Part shown: in pieces, positions 48,601 through 60,100 of the stretch
Layout of the letters: the number at the start of each line of letters is the position of its first letter
Position numbering within the stretch: position 1 is the first letter of the stretch
The notes under the pieces: generated by a model
What the model was told of the DNA's origin: nothing
The model's input: the letters and a program-made list of their open reading frames with translations, nothing else
The model's database searches: none
Assembly: GCF_964204645.1 (NCBI RefSeq)
Contig: NC_134026.1
Span: forward strand, 9,137,950 to 9,201,949
Origin: Tubulanus polymorphus
Lineage: Eukaryota; Animalia; Nemertea
Reading direction: 5' to 3'
Length of the DNA stretch: 64,000 nucleotides
Program-made: the position numbers and the translations under genes

Positions 48601-51600
48601 AACCTGTTGGCATTGAAACTCGACACAGCATGAAACTCTGACTGATTAGTCTCAGTGCGCAACTTCATGCGTCCACTAGACGATGTCATTATCACGTTTT
48701 ATTTAAGACCGGGTTTTTCCATTTAAAGTTCATCCGTGAAACTTGCTTCAGTGATTATACAACGAGCAATCTGATTGGTGCCGCAAGTTTTCTTGCAGCA
48801 AACCTGCACACACGGTCTAGTGAGGCAGAGTTTCATGCAGTGGCTGAGTCTAGTGATGGCATCAGGTTCAAATCTCTGCTGAGGGAGGATGGCCGCTAAT
48901 AGCAAGATCGATCCAGGGCCTAACGGTACTTTAAGATACATTGGGGAAATTTTCGGTAATTGAATAGGTACTAAAGTGAATCAGCAAGGCGTTGCCATTG
49001 AAAATTTGCATGGGTGGGATGAACTTTACTAACAGCATTTCCGAGAAGACTAGAAAACGATAATATACCAAATCACAATTAGGGCCTATGCCAATAAAAC
49101 ATGCGGTGAATAGGTTACAATCTTATTCATTGGCCGAAACAATAGGGCAACTCGAAAACATTTGAGGGTGTTGTACAAGGCGCACTAGACTACCTAGCTA
49201 CCGGTGATCCGATGAATACATAATAATACACTTCTATATGCCAGACCACTGCATCAATTTTACCATAAACAAAATCCTTTTTTATCAAAATAGCCCTCGA
49301 GTTTCTCTTCCTTCTTACCTACGATGACGTGTCCTAAGTCGACAAGAAATTTAAAAGGTTTTCCACGTTTCACTGAAGAATCGAATTCAGTGTTGTCCGT
49401 AAGTCGACCAATGTAATCTACAACGGCGGTTTGTCCCTTTTTTGGAAAGGTTTTTCCTGCAAAAAGAAATGAATTCAGTAAGACCAACCGGTAACTTTTT
49501 ATATAGCCAACAGTGACCAATAAAATCTTTTGCTGAAAAGTTAATTTTTCTTTACTAGATATACGGCTTTGTGGCAAATTTTATGATTCAAGAATTGGTA
49601 AACTTTTCTACCAATTTTGAATAGGAATATCTGGCTTCCTCCAGGATCTTAACATTATCAAGCAGGTCATCAAATAGAACATAAGGCTGGCTTATGTCGA
49701 CAAGCAACGCGACGCCTACCGACGCAACTGGGTTTATCGCCGATTAGCGGCAACTAGCGGCCTACGAGAGGCCGCCAGTTGCTCCTCAATCGGTTCGACA
49801 TAAGCCGGCTTGCGACGGCAACGCGACGCCTACCGACGCCTACTGACTCGTCGCAAGCCGTATCCGGCTAGTTGCCCATATTCTACTCTGGCCTACGGTA
49901 GGCGGGCAGTTGCTTTCGATCGCAGCCGACATACAAATTACACCGCTATTTAGCGTCATTCGTAATTAGTCATAAACTTTCAAATTCAAGTAGTTCAAAA
50001 CGTAAACCAAACCTTCAGCACGGAAGAGGACTGGACCGAAGATCTAGAAACGAAATTGGTAGAATTATGGTGTGAGCGGCCATCTTTATAGATGTCACTC
50101 TTACGTTGTATTCAAAACAGAATCAGAAAGATCAAAGTCTTAAAGAAATAGCTTTTCTAATAGAAATAATTTCCTAATAATTCAAATTTATTCTTAAAAT
50201 GCTTATCACGTGACCATTTGAGACGTTGCAGTTGCTAGTAATCGCAACCGACATAAGCAGGGAAGCAACTGGGAGGATCTCATATCCCGCTAGTCGGCCT
50301 CAGTTGCTGCAAATCGGAGCGCAGTCGACATAAAGCTGGGCTGCAATCGCGGTTGTTCTCAGTTGCGTCGGTAGGAGTCGGTAGGCGTCGCGTTGCTTGT
50401 CGACATAAGCCAGCCTATAGATTGACTCAAGCACTCAGTTTCACTGGGATTATATTCACTAATGCGTTAAGTTGATTCAACCTTGATTGAAATATAGAAC
50501 TCGGTCAGCGATTAACTACAAGCGCACCTGGAGGATCTGTTGCCACAGTAGGAGTCTCGGTCGTACTTCCTTGGGATATTATCCCTCGGAGTATAGTCTG
50601 GGGTCGGTTTTATGGACTGGTATTAACTCTAACATGTGTCCAGTTTCATAAACTGGCTTAACTCCAATATCAATCTTAGATGAAAAAAAACTGAAGAAAT
50701 TGAATTGATATGAGTTATTGAATATATTGTATGTTATACCTACAAAAACCACTAATTATAAGTGTCAGTTGAGGGTTAATTGATTACAAAATACTGGCAG
50801 TGAAAGGATTAATACCACTCACCCAGTCTATAAAACAGGCCCTGAATCCAAATTTAGACACTGTAGTATTGTAAAATATCAAAAGGTAATCCTGATAACA
50901 GGTGGAATCATAGAGCAACTGTTGTGTGGGTGTCTCTAATGGTTAGCTATGTTTCTAGGGTCACACAAAAAAATTAAAATGACCAAATTTACCGGGTGAA
51001 CCAAAAGATCAACTGATCAATGACCTGAAATATAGCAAACCTAAAAACCCTCTATAGGCCTCTTACCCATAGTTTGTAAGTTGTCTGTGGTTTAGTTTCA
51101 CAATCTGATAGTTTCACAAAAACCAGTCAGGTGTGGGAAAGTCATTTTTTTCAATGAAATTTTCTTCACTTTGTGAAATCTTAGAAAATTTGACAAGTTC
51201 AATTCAACGCCCCTTGGTGTATAAATTCAGTAATCAATGACCTTGAAACTTGCCACTATATTTCTGAAATTGATTGTAGTAACAAACTGCCCTGGCATTA
51301 CGCTATTTAACGCCCCCTGGTGTGATACACTGAAAAAGATTTCCTTGAAACGCACCACATTAACAGGAATTGTCATGAGTTCTAATGTGCAATTTGGTAA
51401 TTCCAGCTTCGGATATTTTGACCTATTTTTTAGGTGTGAGACGTGATTTCTCGTCCGAAGTCCGATTTCATCAGGGAAGATCTCGAACGAAAAAGGAACC
51501 TCTTAGGAATAAAACTAAAATTATTCTGCGCTAATTGGTCGATGGATTACGTAATCAGGAGCACTTGATTTTGAAATGAGGTGAACTCTTGTACCGGTAT

Positions 51601-51964
51601 GGTATTAGAGTTGGCTATGTCAAAATGTAAGCCCTTGTTTTTTTTTACAGGTGGTACCAACAGGTCCAAGGTCAATGATACCGAGTCGAATATTTGATTT
51701 TCGACCCCCTGCAACTGTGACAAGCCCCTGTTGGCTCTCAACCAGGTTAGTCTTGGGAATCCAAGATCTGAACGACGACGACGTAAGCGGCTAGTAAAAT
51801 GCAAAGGAAGTCTGCACACAACAATGCCCGGGCCGGGCCGATATTTTACTGCTTTTTCCGGGTCATCTTAACTTACCATCTCCTTGCCTGAGTATTTCAA
51901 CCGTGACACCCTTCTCCAGTCGACGCATCGAGCCATCCTTTTCGCCTATCGAGACACCCTCCAT
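45608..51964 (-). CDS. FKBP12: FKBP12-type peptidyl-prolyl isomerase, 5 exons, 125 aa
   Basis: Exons 51964-51877, 49456-49319, 48357-48335, 46393-46320 and 45662-45608 give MEGVSIGEKDGSMRRLEKGVTVEILRQGDGKTFPKKGQTAVVDYIGRLTDNTEFDSSVKRGKPFKFLVDLGHVIVGWDIAIKTMSVGEKSMVTCPSDVAYGDLGHPGVIPPKATLIFEMNLVKIE*. Equivalents of Y26, F36, D37, R42, F46, V55, I56, W59, Y82, H87 and F99 are retained. Exact orthology to FKBP1A/1B is not established. Confidence 0.92.
45663..46319 (-). other. U12-type (minor spliceosome) AT-AC intron, 657 nt
   Basis: Donor ATATCCTTT at 46319-46311, branch site TCTTTAAC at 45680-45673, terminal AC at 45664-45663. The join restores GHPGV|IPPKAT in frame. Confidence 0.92.
46718..47833 (-). 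mobile_element. Full-length HINE/Helentron-like element (reverse orientation) with four internal repeats, in FKBP intron 3
   Basis: Reverse complement of the 30192-31354 architecture: actaggggtccaggga at 46718, repeat anchors near 46832, 46981, 47135 and 47283, and tagcccgctgggactaaagtcaagtgggctaaaaa at the right end. Confidence 0.8.
49684..50416 (+). mobile_element. PIF/Harbinger-like internal-deletion derivative with a MADF/Myb-SANT remnant
   Basis: Long TIR aggctggcttatgtcgacaagcaacgcgacgcctaccgac and its reverse complement, with ATA on both sides. 50023-50168 encodes EEDWTEDLETKLVELWCERPSL / DVTLTLYSKQNQKDQSLKEIA with a 1-nt frameshift. Confidence 0.75.
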
Positions 51965-54114
51965 AATAATTTTGGTGATTTTATCAGGGCTTGTACAGGG
52001 ATGAATATATAGCTTCAGAGAGCATATGTAAAAGCGATAATGTCAGAGACGACACGTAGTAGATACATATAACATCTAATAATTCAGGAATAGTTTTTTT
52101 TCTTCATAAAATCATTGATCATATACTTATGTATAATAGCTTAACTACTTTCATTGACTTTTGTTCCTTTATTTAGCTTTTAAATGCATTTTGTTCTGAT
52201 AAATTTATTTGACGTTTCGTGTTAATGGTTATTAGTATTTCTATTGGTATGCCTAATCATCGGTCACCGACTATGGATTAAGAATCGGCCGATCTGCCAC
52301 CGCCACTGAATAAAATGACTTACATTTTTGCTTTTGACTCGCTTGGCTCTGTCGTCAGTTATACACTATTTTATTTTCCTATTAAACATACCGTTTTGGG
52401 TATGATCACACAAATGGTTTAAGGATGCCTATTTTGGCAACCCCAGCGATAAAGGTGGCAGATTCCTCAGATTAACTCATGAATTCTCGTTAACTCCCCG
52501 CAAGTCTCCCTCGGACACGAACGATATAATTTTCTCGTGGTAATGCATGCCCCTCACCTTATCTTCGAACCAAAGATCGGCGGTCAAAAACTACTAGAAT
52601 TTCTATGAATGTATTCCTCATTTGTCATTTAACTTAAGCGGCAAACGCGCGGGCACTGGTGCAGTTTTTTGCAGTTTTTCTACAACCCAAATATGACAAA
52701 ATCTAGTTTCTATTGTTTTTTTCAAAAAACCATGAGTGAGAAAAAGATTGTCTTATCTTTTATCTTTTTGCAAATCCATAAGGAAAACCTCGGAGATTGT
52801 TGTGAACAGCGTGGTCAAGTTTTCACGCGCTTCTTGTAAATTGGCACCATTGAAAAATGTTGGCTTGGTGTATTCAAATGAGGTGTATCATTAACCGCCA
52901 GCTGAAGGACAACTTCTTTATTTCACCCGTAAACTCCATGTACTTGTTTCGTCGTGTTCTCAGAACGTATTTTCTTGAAAACATTTTTATTGCAAACGTT
53001 CGAGCCATCCGAGCGCAAACCCGATGGTGGGTTTCTATGTACTATTGAAGTCCGGGCCACGGAAACATATTACACTACTTGGCTTTTTGAATGGTTTACA
53101 TGGAGGTTGGTCCCAGATTTTTTTGAAGGGTAGATGCATTAATGACAGCTGTCCCTCTCTGGTCTGGTGGTGGGCGAGAGATTTGCGTATCAAGAATCAT
53201 GACTTCAAATTGCCTCTAAAATCCATCTAGTGCCGGGTCCATTTTTTTAAATAATCTGTCCTGGGTCGAGGGTCCAACTTCATTAATGCCCCCAACTCCT
53301 GGATCCAGCCCTAGTCTCCCGGTCCAATATACCTGCGTACTCACGACTGGCTTGGCATTGAATTCCAGAGAGCCTTGAACTGCGGGTGTTTGCCGTCCAC
53401 AAAGCGAAGATAGCGTTTACCGCCGTTTCCACCAAAACTTTCCACATTTTTTAGGCAAAAGAATTGTCATTAAAATCCTAAAATCGGTCACGCCACGGGC
53501 CTGTAGTGTGAATATTGGACTGTTGATTTAATATCAACGAAAGAAAACTAGTGTCGATTACACTTCGCCGCGGCTAGATCACATTCCCTAGTAAAGAACA
53601 TTAACAAAATCCAAATAAAGACGATTGTTGAACAACTATGGCGATGAAATAAAGGGCGACGTAAGAAATGCAATGCTGCAGTCTTTTTACAGTGGAAAAA
53701 TCAAAATCCAGAGTAAGGAATCTATGGTGGCTGTTTTTCTCCGCGGACCTTGATTAGTTTGCCCTCTATTGTAGTCGCTTCTATGGTTATTCGGATATTT
53801 GATCTCTCTTCCTAAGATCTATTCTTTCTTTACTCCAGTATTGAGTCAACTATCACGTTCAAAATTTTCAAGAAGCCTGTTGCTTACCAAACAAGCTAGT
53901 TTGTTAGACTCTCCCCGCCCGATTGTTCGAGCGTGGCCGACCTTACGCGTAAGATCCGAATCCAAAAAATAGTGATTCCAAATTTTTTCATTATAGTCGC
54001 AGTAAAACAATTTTTCAAAATTATAATTTGCCACCAAAAACGAATAAACTAGCATTCAATTTAGAAGCATTTCCTATCTCTCGCTCGTGCAAAATGATCA
54101 AACCATAACCGAGA
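51965..54114. promoter_or_regulatory. 2.15-kb divergent interval between the FKBP12-like and MDC1-like start codons (candidate bidirectional promoter and 5' UTRs)
   Basis: Head-to-head gene orientation, relatively frequent CpG, and no HINE insertion. TSS positions cannot be seen. Confidence 0.45.
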
Positions 54115-57100
54115 ATGGATATTGGATGCACACAAGCTTTGCCCCTGTTTGACAGTGAATGCGATTTGAGTGATAATGAGGCCGATGATGATACCCAGCC
54201 TGTGAGTGATAATTGCCAATGATAGGCCAAGGCAATAGCAATCGACATTGACATTCTCAACAATGAATCATTAATCAATCAGTCAAAGATCCAATCAATC
54301 TAGGCCTAGTCAGAATTCTATTTTCCCAACGTGTGATTCCTGTTAGATATTGAGGTCTAACGTGTCAATAGCAACTCACTATGTCACAACCCACAAAGTT
54401 TAAAGTCCACCATCGCAAAACCGAAACATACAAGAACTTCAACTCGTTCTTTGACTTTCTATGTTAAATCCTTGATGAAATGCATTGGAACAATCTAGAT
54501 AACACCACCGTCTCAGCAACTTCAGTGGAAGCCTTTTGAGCAAGGCTCTGCTGTCTTTAGCCCTGTATAGTACAGTAATCCTTTAACCCGCTGACCTAGT
54601 TCCTGTCAGCGTTCCGATCCAGAAGGAAAATCCGAGTGCGTAGAACAATAGTTAGAGAAAAAAGAGTCGACAGAGCAGTATTCGAGCCCGGGCCCGCATA
54701 TTGTTAGCGCAGCATCTTGCCACTAGACCACAAAACGCTTGTTGATTTATACCAAATGCTTTACTACATAGCACTCAACCTGACTCTTACCCTCTAGACT
54801 CTAACTGTATGGAAACCTTAGGCATGATGAAACATTTTTATTGTTATTCTTTATTAGTAATCTCTGCCAATTTCAATTAACACAATTCTTAACTCCTATG
54901 CCTATCAATACATGTGATGAATTTTGACAATACCTGACTTATACTTTTTTTTAAATGAGAATCACATTAGGCCTAGATGTTAAGAAATTAGAATCATATT
55001 TTTTACATTAAATGGGGATTTCTCATTGGGTTCAGTTACAGGAAAAGTTAACCTTTGATCTTTGGTTAAGCCACTTTTGGTAAGGTAGGCTTTGTTCGTG
55101 TATTCAGTGAAGATAACAATTCAAACTTAGCCCAAACCTTTTCTAGAAACTGGACTGGACCCAGGTGATATCTGTACGATCAGCACTACTGAGGTAGATC
55201 ATATTAATTATGGCAATTGAAGAGAAATGCTAATTTGTCCTTGCTATCATTAATTTCAGATTGGTAAATTGACAGTACCAGCGCAACAAGGAATCGCTGA
55301 TTTATTTTTTTCGATTTATGAGGGTGAAAATATAATCGGACGTGATCCGGCTTGTAAGATATATATACCAAGTGCGGTAAGTACAGTAAAGCCTGGTTAT
55401 GTCGGATTTTTTTGGAACAGGGATTCCTCCTCCGACTTGGGCTAAAATTGAAAATTGCTTATCATAGAAAATGATCCAAAATATCTGAAATGATATGATT
55501 GGTCTATGATAATGTCACCTAGTTATATATATCATGCGAGCTTTGCAATTTGTTCTTTTCATTCATCGTTCCTACAGTACTGGGAAATTGGGAAAACCTT
55601 GGGAATTTTTAAATAATATTTCCAGTTTGGAAATATGTCTCAGGGAAATATTTGGGAAATTCATTTACAGAGAAACTTTCTTCTTCAATTTCTCTTGAAA
55701 ATCACCTTTATCAACCAGTCATCACTGAAATGTTGATTGTAGTTTTATGGTATCTGTTCATTTTTATACGAAGGCCCCATTTTCCGTTTGGTGAATTTGA
55801 AAAATCTTTATTGAAAAATTTGAAAAGTCTTCAAAATATTTTCATCATTTATTTGGACAATTATATTTGATAGCTTTAGCTACATTACTCCCCTGGCTGC
55901 TTGAGGCTCTTGTTCATTTTCCCCTGTCTGAAACTTCCTAAATCTCAAGGTCCATGGACCACTTGTATTATTTTGATAAGAAATATGGGCCTTTATTTGC
56001 TAGGGATACTACTTTGAACATTGACCAGCCAACCAACTCTAATAAGGCTAGTATTGAAATCCCTCAAACAGGTAAAATTGCTCCAGCAAGCCCATGTTAA
56101 GAAATTTAGTGTCATTCTTTTTATAGAATTAGAAACCATTTTCCTCTAAAACTGGCATGGTTGTCAACAGGGAGGCTGGATTTACTGAAGTTCCAAATGT
56201 TGAAATCCCTGTAAAAGTAGAATATGCCTGCGGTCCCTTGGTTATTCCCACATATGCGACACAAAATGGTGTCTAATCAAATCAAATATCATAAAGAAAG
56301 CATGTATGGTAATCTCTTAATCCTGTATGGTATCCCTTACTAAAAATCTATTTCAACAAATCATTTATACAAATGATTCTTTACTTTAGGTATTAAGCCG
56401 GGAACATGCTTGCATTGAAGTTCAAGGTGGAGTTCATATGATTTATGATAAAGGAAGTTTGAATAAAACGAAAAGAGGAAAGGTGGGTTTCAGAATTAAG
56501 ACTGTCAAAAATTAACTCATCCGTCCGCTATTGTAGTGATTCAGATTTGATCCTGACTTGACTGACCTTGACCGTCGCACTGCAAAACCCGGCCTGCCTT
56601 TGTAGACCACATATCAACCAATCAGGAATTGCTTGATAATTGAGTCATGCTTTGGCATTTCCTGAACAATTCAGAAATCCAGTCATCGCCGTTCGTCAAA
56701 CCGGTTTCAGCAGCAGCATTGAAATCAACGGTGCAGTATTTCGACGCTGAGAAAAGCGCCAACTCAAAACTGACAAATGGCCATAGATTTACTTCAGCCG
56801 TGCACCAATTTTTACCTGTTTCCTCAAGAGTGGTTACAAGGGTTTGTGCCAGGGTTCAACCTGGAGTCAGTGCCATCAGCTTGAAGTCCCAACAGTGGGG
56901 TTATTCTACATTGTAGCTGCAATCACACAAGGGTTTTTGGCCCGTGCCAACCGTTCACATGGGTGCCAAATGGACATCTGCCTGTTAGGCGCTGGCCAAA
57001 TTTGACCTCATCAAAAGTCATATCATGTCCAAGCCGAATATTTTGACTGGTTAAATTAAAGCCTGTGAATTGCTACTGGTTCCAGGAGTCACTCGGTTTG

Positions 57101-60100
57101 TTGTAGCATTTTTTGATTTTGAGTGAGTGGCTTACGTGTGAACACGCTCTATTATTAGACACGGGCCAAATTTGACTCTTGATCCCGGCCAAATCATCTC
57201 CGTGTGATCAAAGAGTTTGTACTCTTGACTCGAACAGAATCTTGGTGCCATCGGTACAAATACCTGCATGCAAGGCTCCTCAAATCTCAGATGGTGAATA
57301 TAGAAAATAATATTTTTGTCAATATATTTTTCAGTTAACCCTGAGTAAAGATGTTCGTTACGAGCTTAAGGATGGAGATGAGATATTTTTTGGAAACATC
57401 AGCTCTGTCTATAATAAAGTCAGTAAGGTAAAATTCTTAAATCAACATTTTACTTTTAAAACTGGTGGCCATTGTTTATCCTTAAAATCAGCACTTTTGG
57501 CATACTTTGTACTTAAGTCCCTGCATTCACTTTTTGACCATCTGTCCGGGTTAGATATCAAATGCACATATCTTAGGCCTATATGAAATTTTTCCATTTA
57601 TATAGGTACCACTTCATATTTTGTAAGCACAATCAATTGCAAAATTGTAGCTCATGAGATGCTCTATGATTTTGGTGAATTTCAGGGTTATTGGCTTCTG
57701 TATATTTTCACCAGGGGTGCTGAATAGGAGATTAACACATCCTCTCCTGATGGGATTCAAACCTGATGGCATTGAGACTGCCATAGTAGGAAACCCTGCC
57801 TCTCCAGATCGAGTGAGGCAGGCATTATCAGCCAATCAGCAATTCCGTTTTATTTTAGCCCAGGTTTTTCCATTTATAGTTCTTTCATGAAATTTGCCTC
57901 AGCAATGATACAACTGCAAGTTTTGGTGTGGTAAACCAGCGCATGTGGCTGAGTAGCGATGCCATCAGGTTTGAATTCCTGCCGAGCGAGGATGTGATTA
58001 ACACGTTATTTCCATATACGTGCATGTATATTGGTATAAGCATATTTTGTAATCCCTGTGAATTGCCAAAATTTTAGCTTAATGACAGGTTCTTTGATTG
58101 TGGTTTATATCAAGCTCATTGATATCTGTATATGTTTACCAGGCGTATTGAAAATTGAAATTGTTAGATTGTCAAGCATTTTCCCTTTGATACCTACCGG
58201 GATAGTCTATGGGACCGATCTTATCATATTATGTAACTTACAGTAGAATCATTGTTTTAGATGTTAGCGGATGACAGCGGTTCAGAGACTGGGTCTGAGT
58301 CATTATTGCCAATGCCAGTTGCTGGAATGGTGGAAGATTCTCTAATTGGAAGAATTGAGGTATGGCCTTCATACATCAATACATTTCTAGTTTATCATAT
58401 CTACCAATGCTTTGAGAAATGAAAACTTTGAGAACCTACAACTTGAGATCCTTATCAAAACGAGTTTTATTTTTTGATACAGTTTTATATTGAATCGGCG
58501 TTAAATGTTTAATTACCCAATTGAGTAAAAGTTGAGTGTATGAATCCAACTTCTGAAATTAGAATTCAGATTTCCGTGCCTTCTTGCTTTCAGTCCACTG
58601 GGGGCTTACGCCCCAGTGGGCTATTGCGTCTGCAATTTGATTGATGTTGGTTCATGAACAGAATGGAAATATGTGACAGGGTGTATAACAGCGTTCCTAC
58701 TAGCTCAGCTAGTGGGAATATTCCCTTTGGCTCAGCGGTAGAAGGTCTGCCTTGGACGCCAGGCATCGAGAGTTCGAATCTCGGGAAGGACAGATATTTT
58801 TGTTACAAACAGTATCACAAAAAAAACAAAGCAGCAACTGTAGAAGGGTTAGGGTCCAGAGAGTTAGGGCAAAGGGTCAAGAGGGTTTGCGTTAGGTTAT
58901 GCATTGAAAAAGGGTAGGTTAGGTAGGTTAGACTTAGGCTATAAGTAGTAAAAAAGTTACTGTGCTGACAGTTGGCCTTGATGGCTCAGGTTGTAAGAGC
59001 GCTGCGCTAGCACATTGGTGCTTGCGAGTTTGAATCCTAATTTCCACCATTATTACCTGAAATTCCAATTCATCAGGTTTGCGCGTTCCAGCCATTCCCT
59101 ACTTGATCAAACATCAACCAAATTGCATTGTGTTCACTTTTCGTGCCTCGTCCGTTCGAAAAGACAGAACCCAGGGAAATTTTGGTTTTTCAATTATATT
59201 TTCAATCATATTTTTGGTTTGTATTTTTGATATTATTACTTCGTAAGCACAATAAATTGCAATTTTTGACTCATGCTCTATTATGATGGTGTGTTTCAAA
59301 GCTATTTATGTCTGTATGTTCACCGGGGGGGGGGGGATGTTTACCCACAATCAAGGTAGGCTTATATGTTCACCAGGGAGCTTTGTGTAGTTGAATAAAC
59401 CATAATCCATTGCAAATTTATAGCTCATGATGCTCTATAATCATGGTGAGTTTCAAGGTAATTATTTCTCCCTGATGGGGGAGATCGTATTTTAGTCTGT
59501 ATCCACTGTGCCATCCCCTTGAGACATGATCCCCGTGATATAATTCATGATGGATTTTTCTTAAACTTAACGTGAGGGTTGGGGCAAGTGAAATGTCCTC
59601 CCCTATTGAAAATAGAGGTTATCGGCAATCAAATGGCTGCCAGGGCAGCCATCTTGAATTTCTTGTTAGCACGATACAGCCTTATTCTTTCATGAAAAAG
59701 TGAGTACGTATATATACCGGTATGTTGTTACCATAATAGATTGTAAATTTGTAGCCAATGGCATTTTCTATGATAGTGGTGAGTTTCACGGTCATTGATT
59801 AGGCTTACTGTTTTGTTCACCAGGGGGCTTGAATTCAAATTGTCAAGTATTTCACCAAGTGGACCCCTAGTTAAACGTGCTTTCATTCGTATCACTTATA
59901 TGTAATCAATCTAAAATAATTGACCATCTTTTTCAGGATAACAAATCTGATAGAGGTATGTACTACGCATGTATTCTTTTTTCTGATCATATTGCACATT
60001 TCAAGAAAAGATCCTGGAGTCATTGAATGAATGCATTTACACTCATGTCATAATTAGGTTACTGTTTTACATGATTTGTCATCACTGGGTGTTGACTGTA

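Noticed and set aside
53638-53652. ATG in good context as the MDC1 start
   Set aside because: Stops after four codons; the ATG at 54115 gives the conserved N-terminal TQ motif and a phase-matched donor.
58727-59049. Two tRNA-like stretches with A and B boxes (one ending in CCA)
   Set aside because: Acceptor and anticodon stems do not pair and they sit inside a repeat; treated as SINE heads or pseudo-tRNAs, not tRNA genes.
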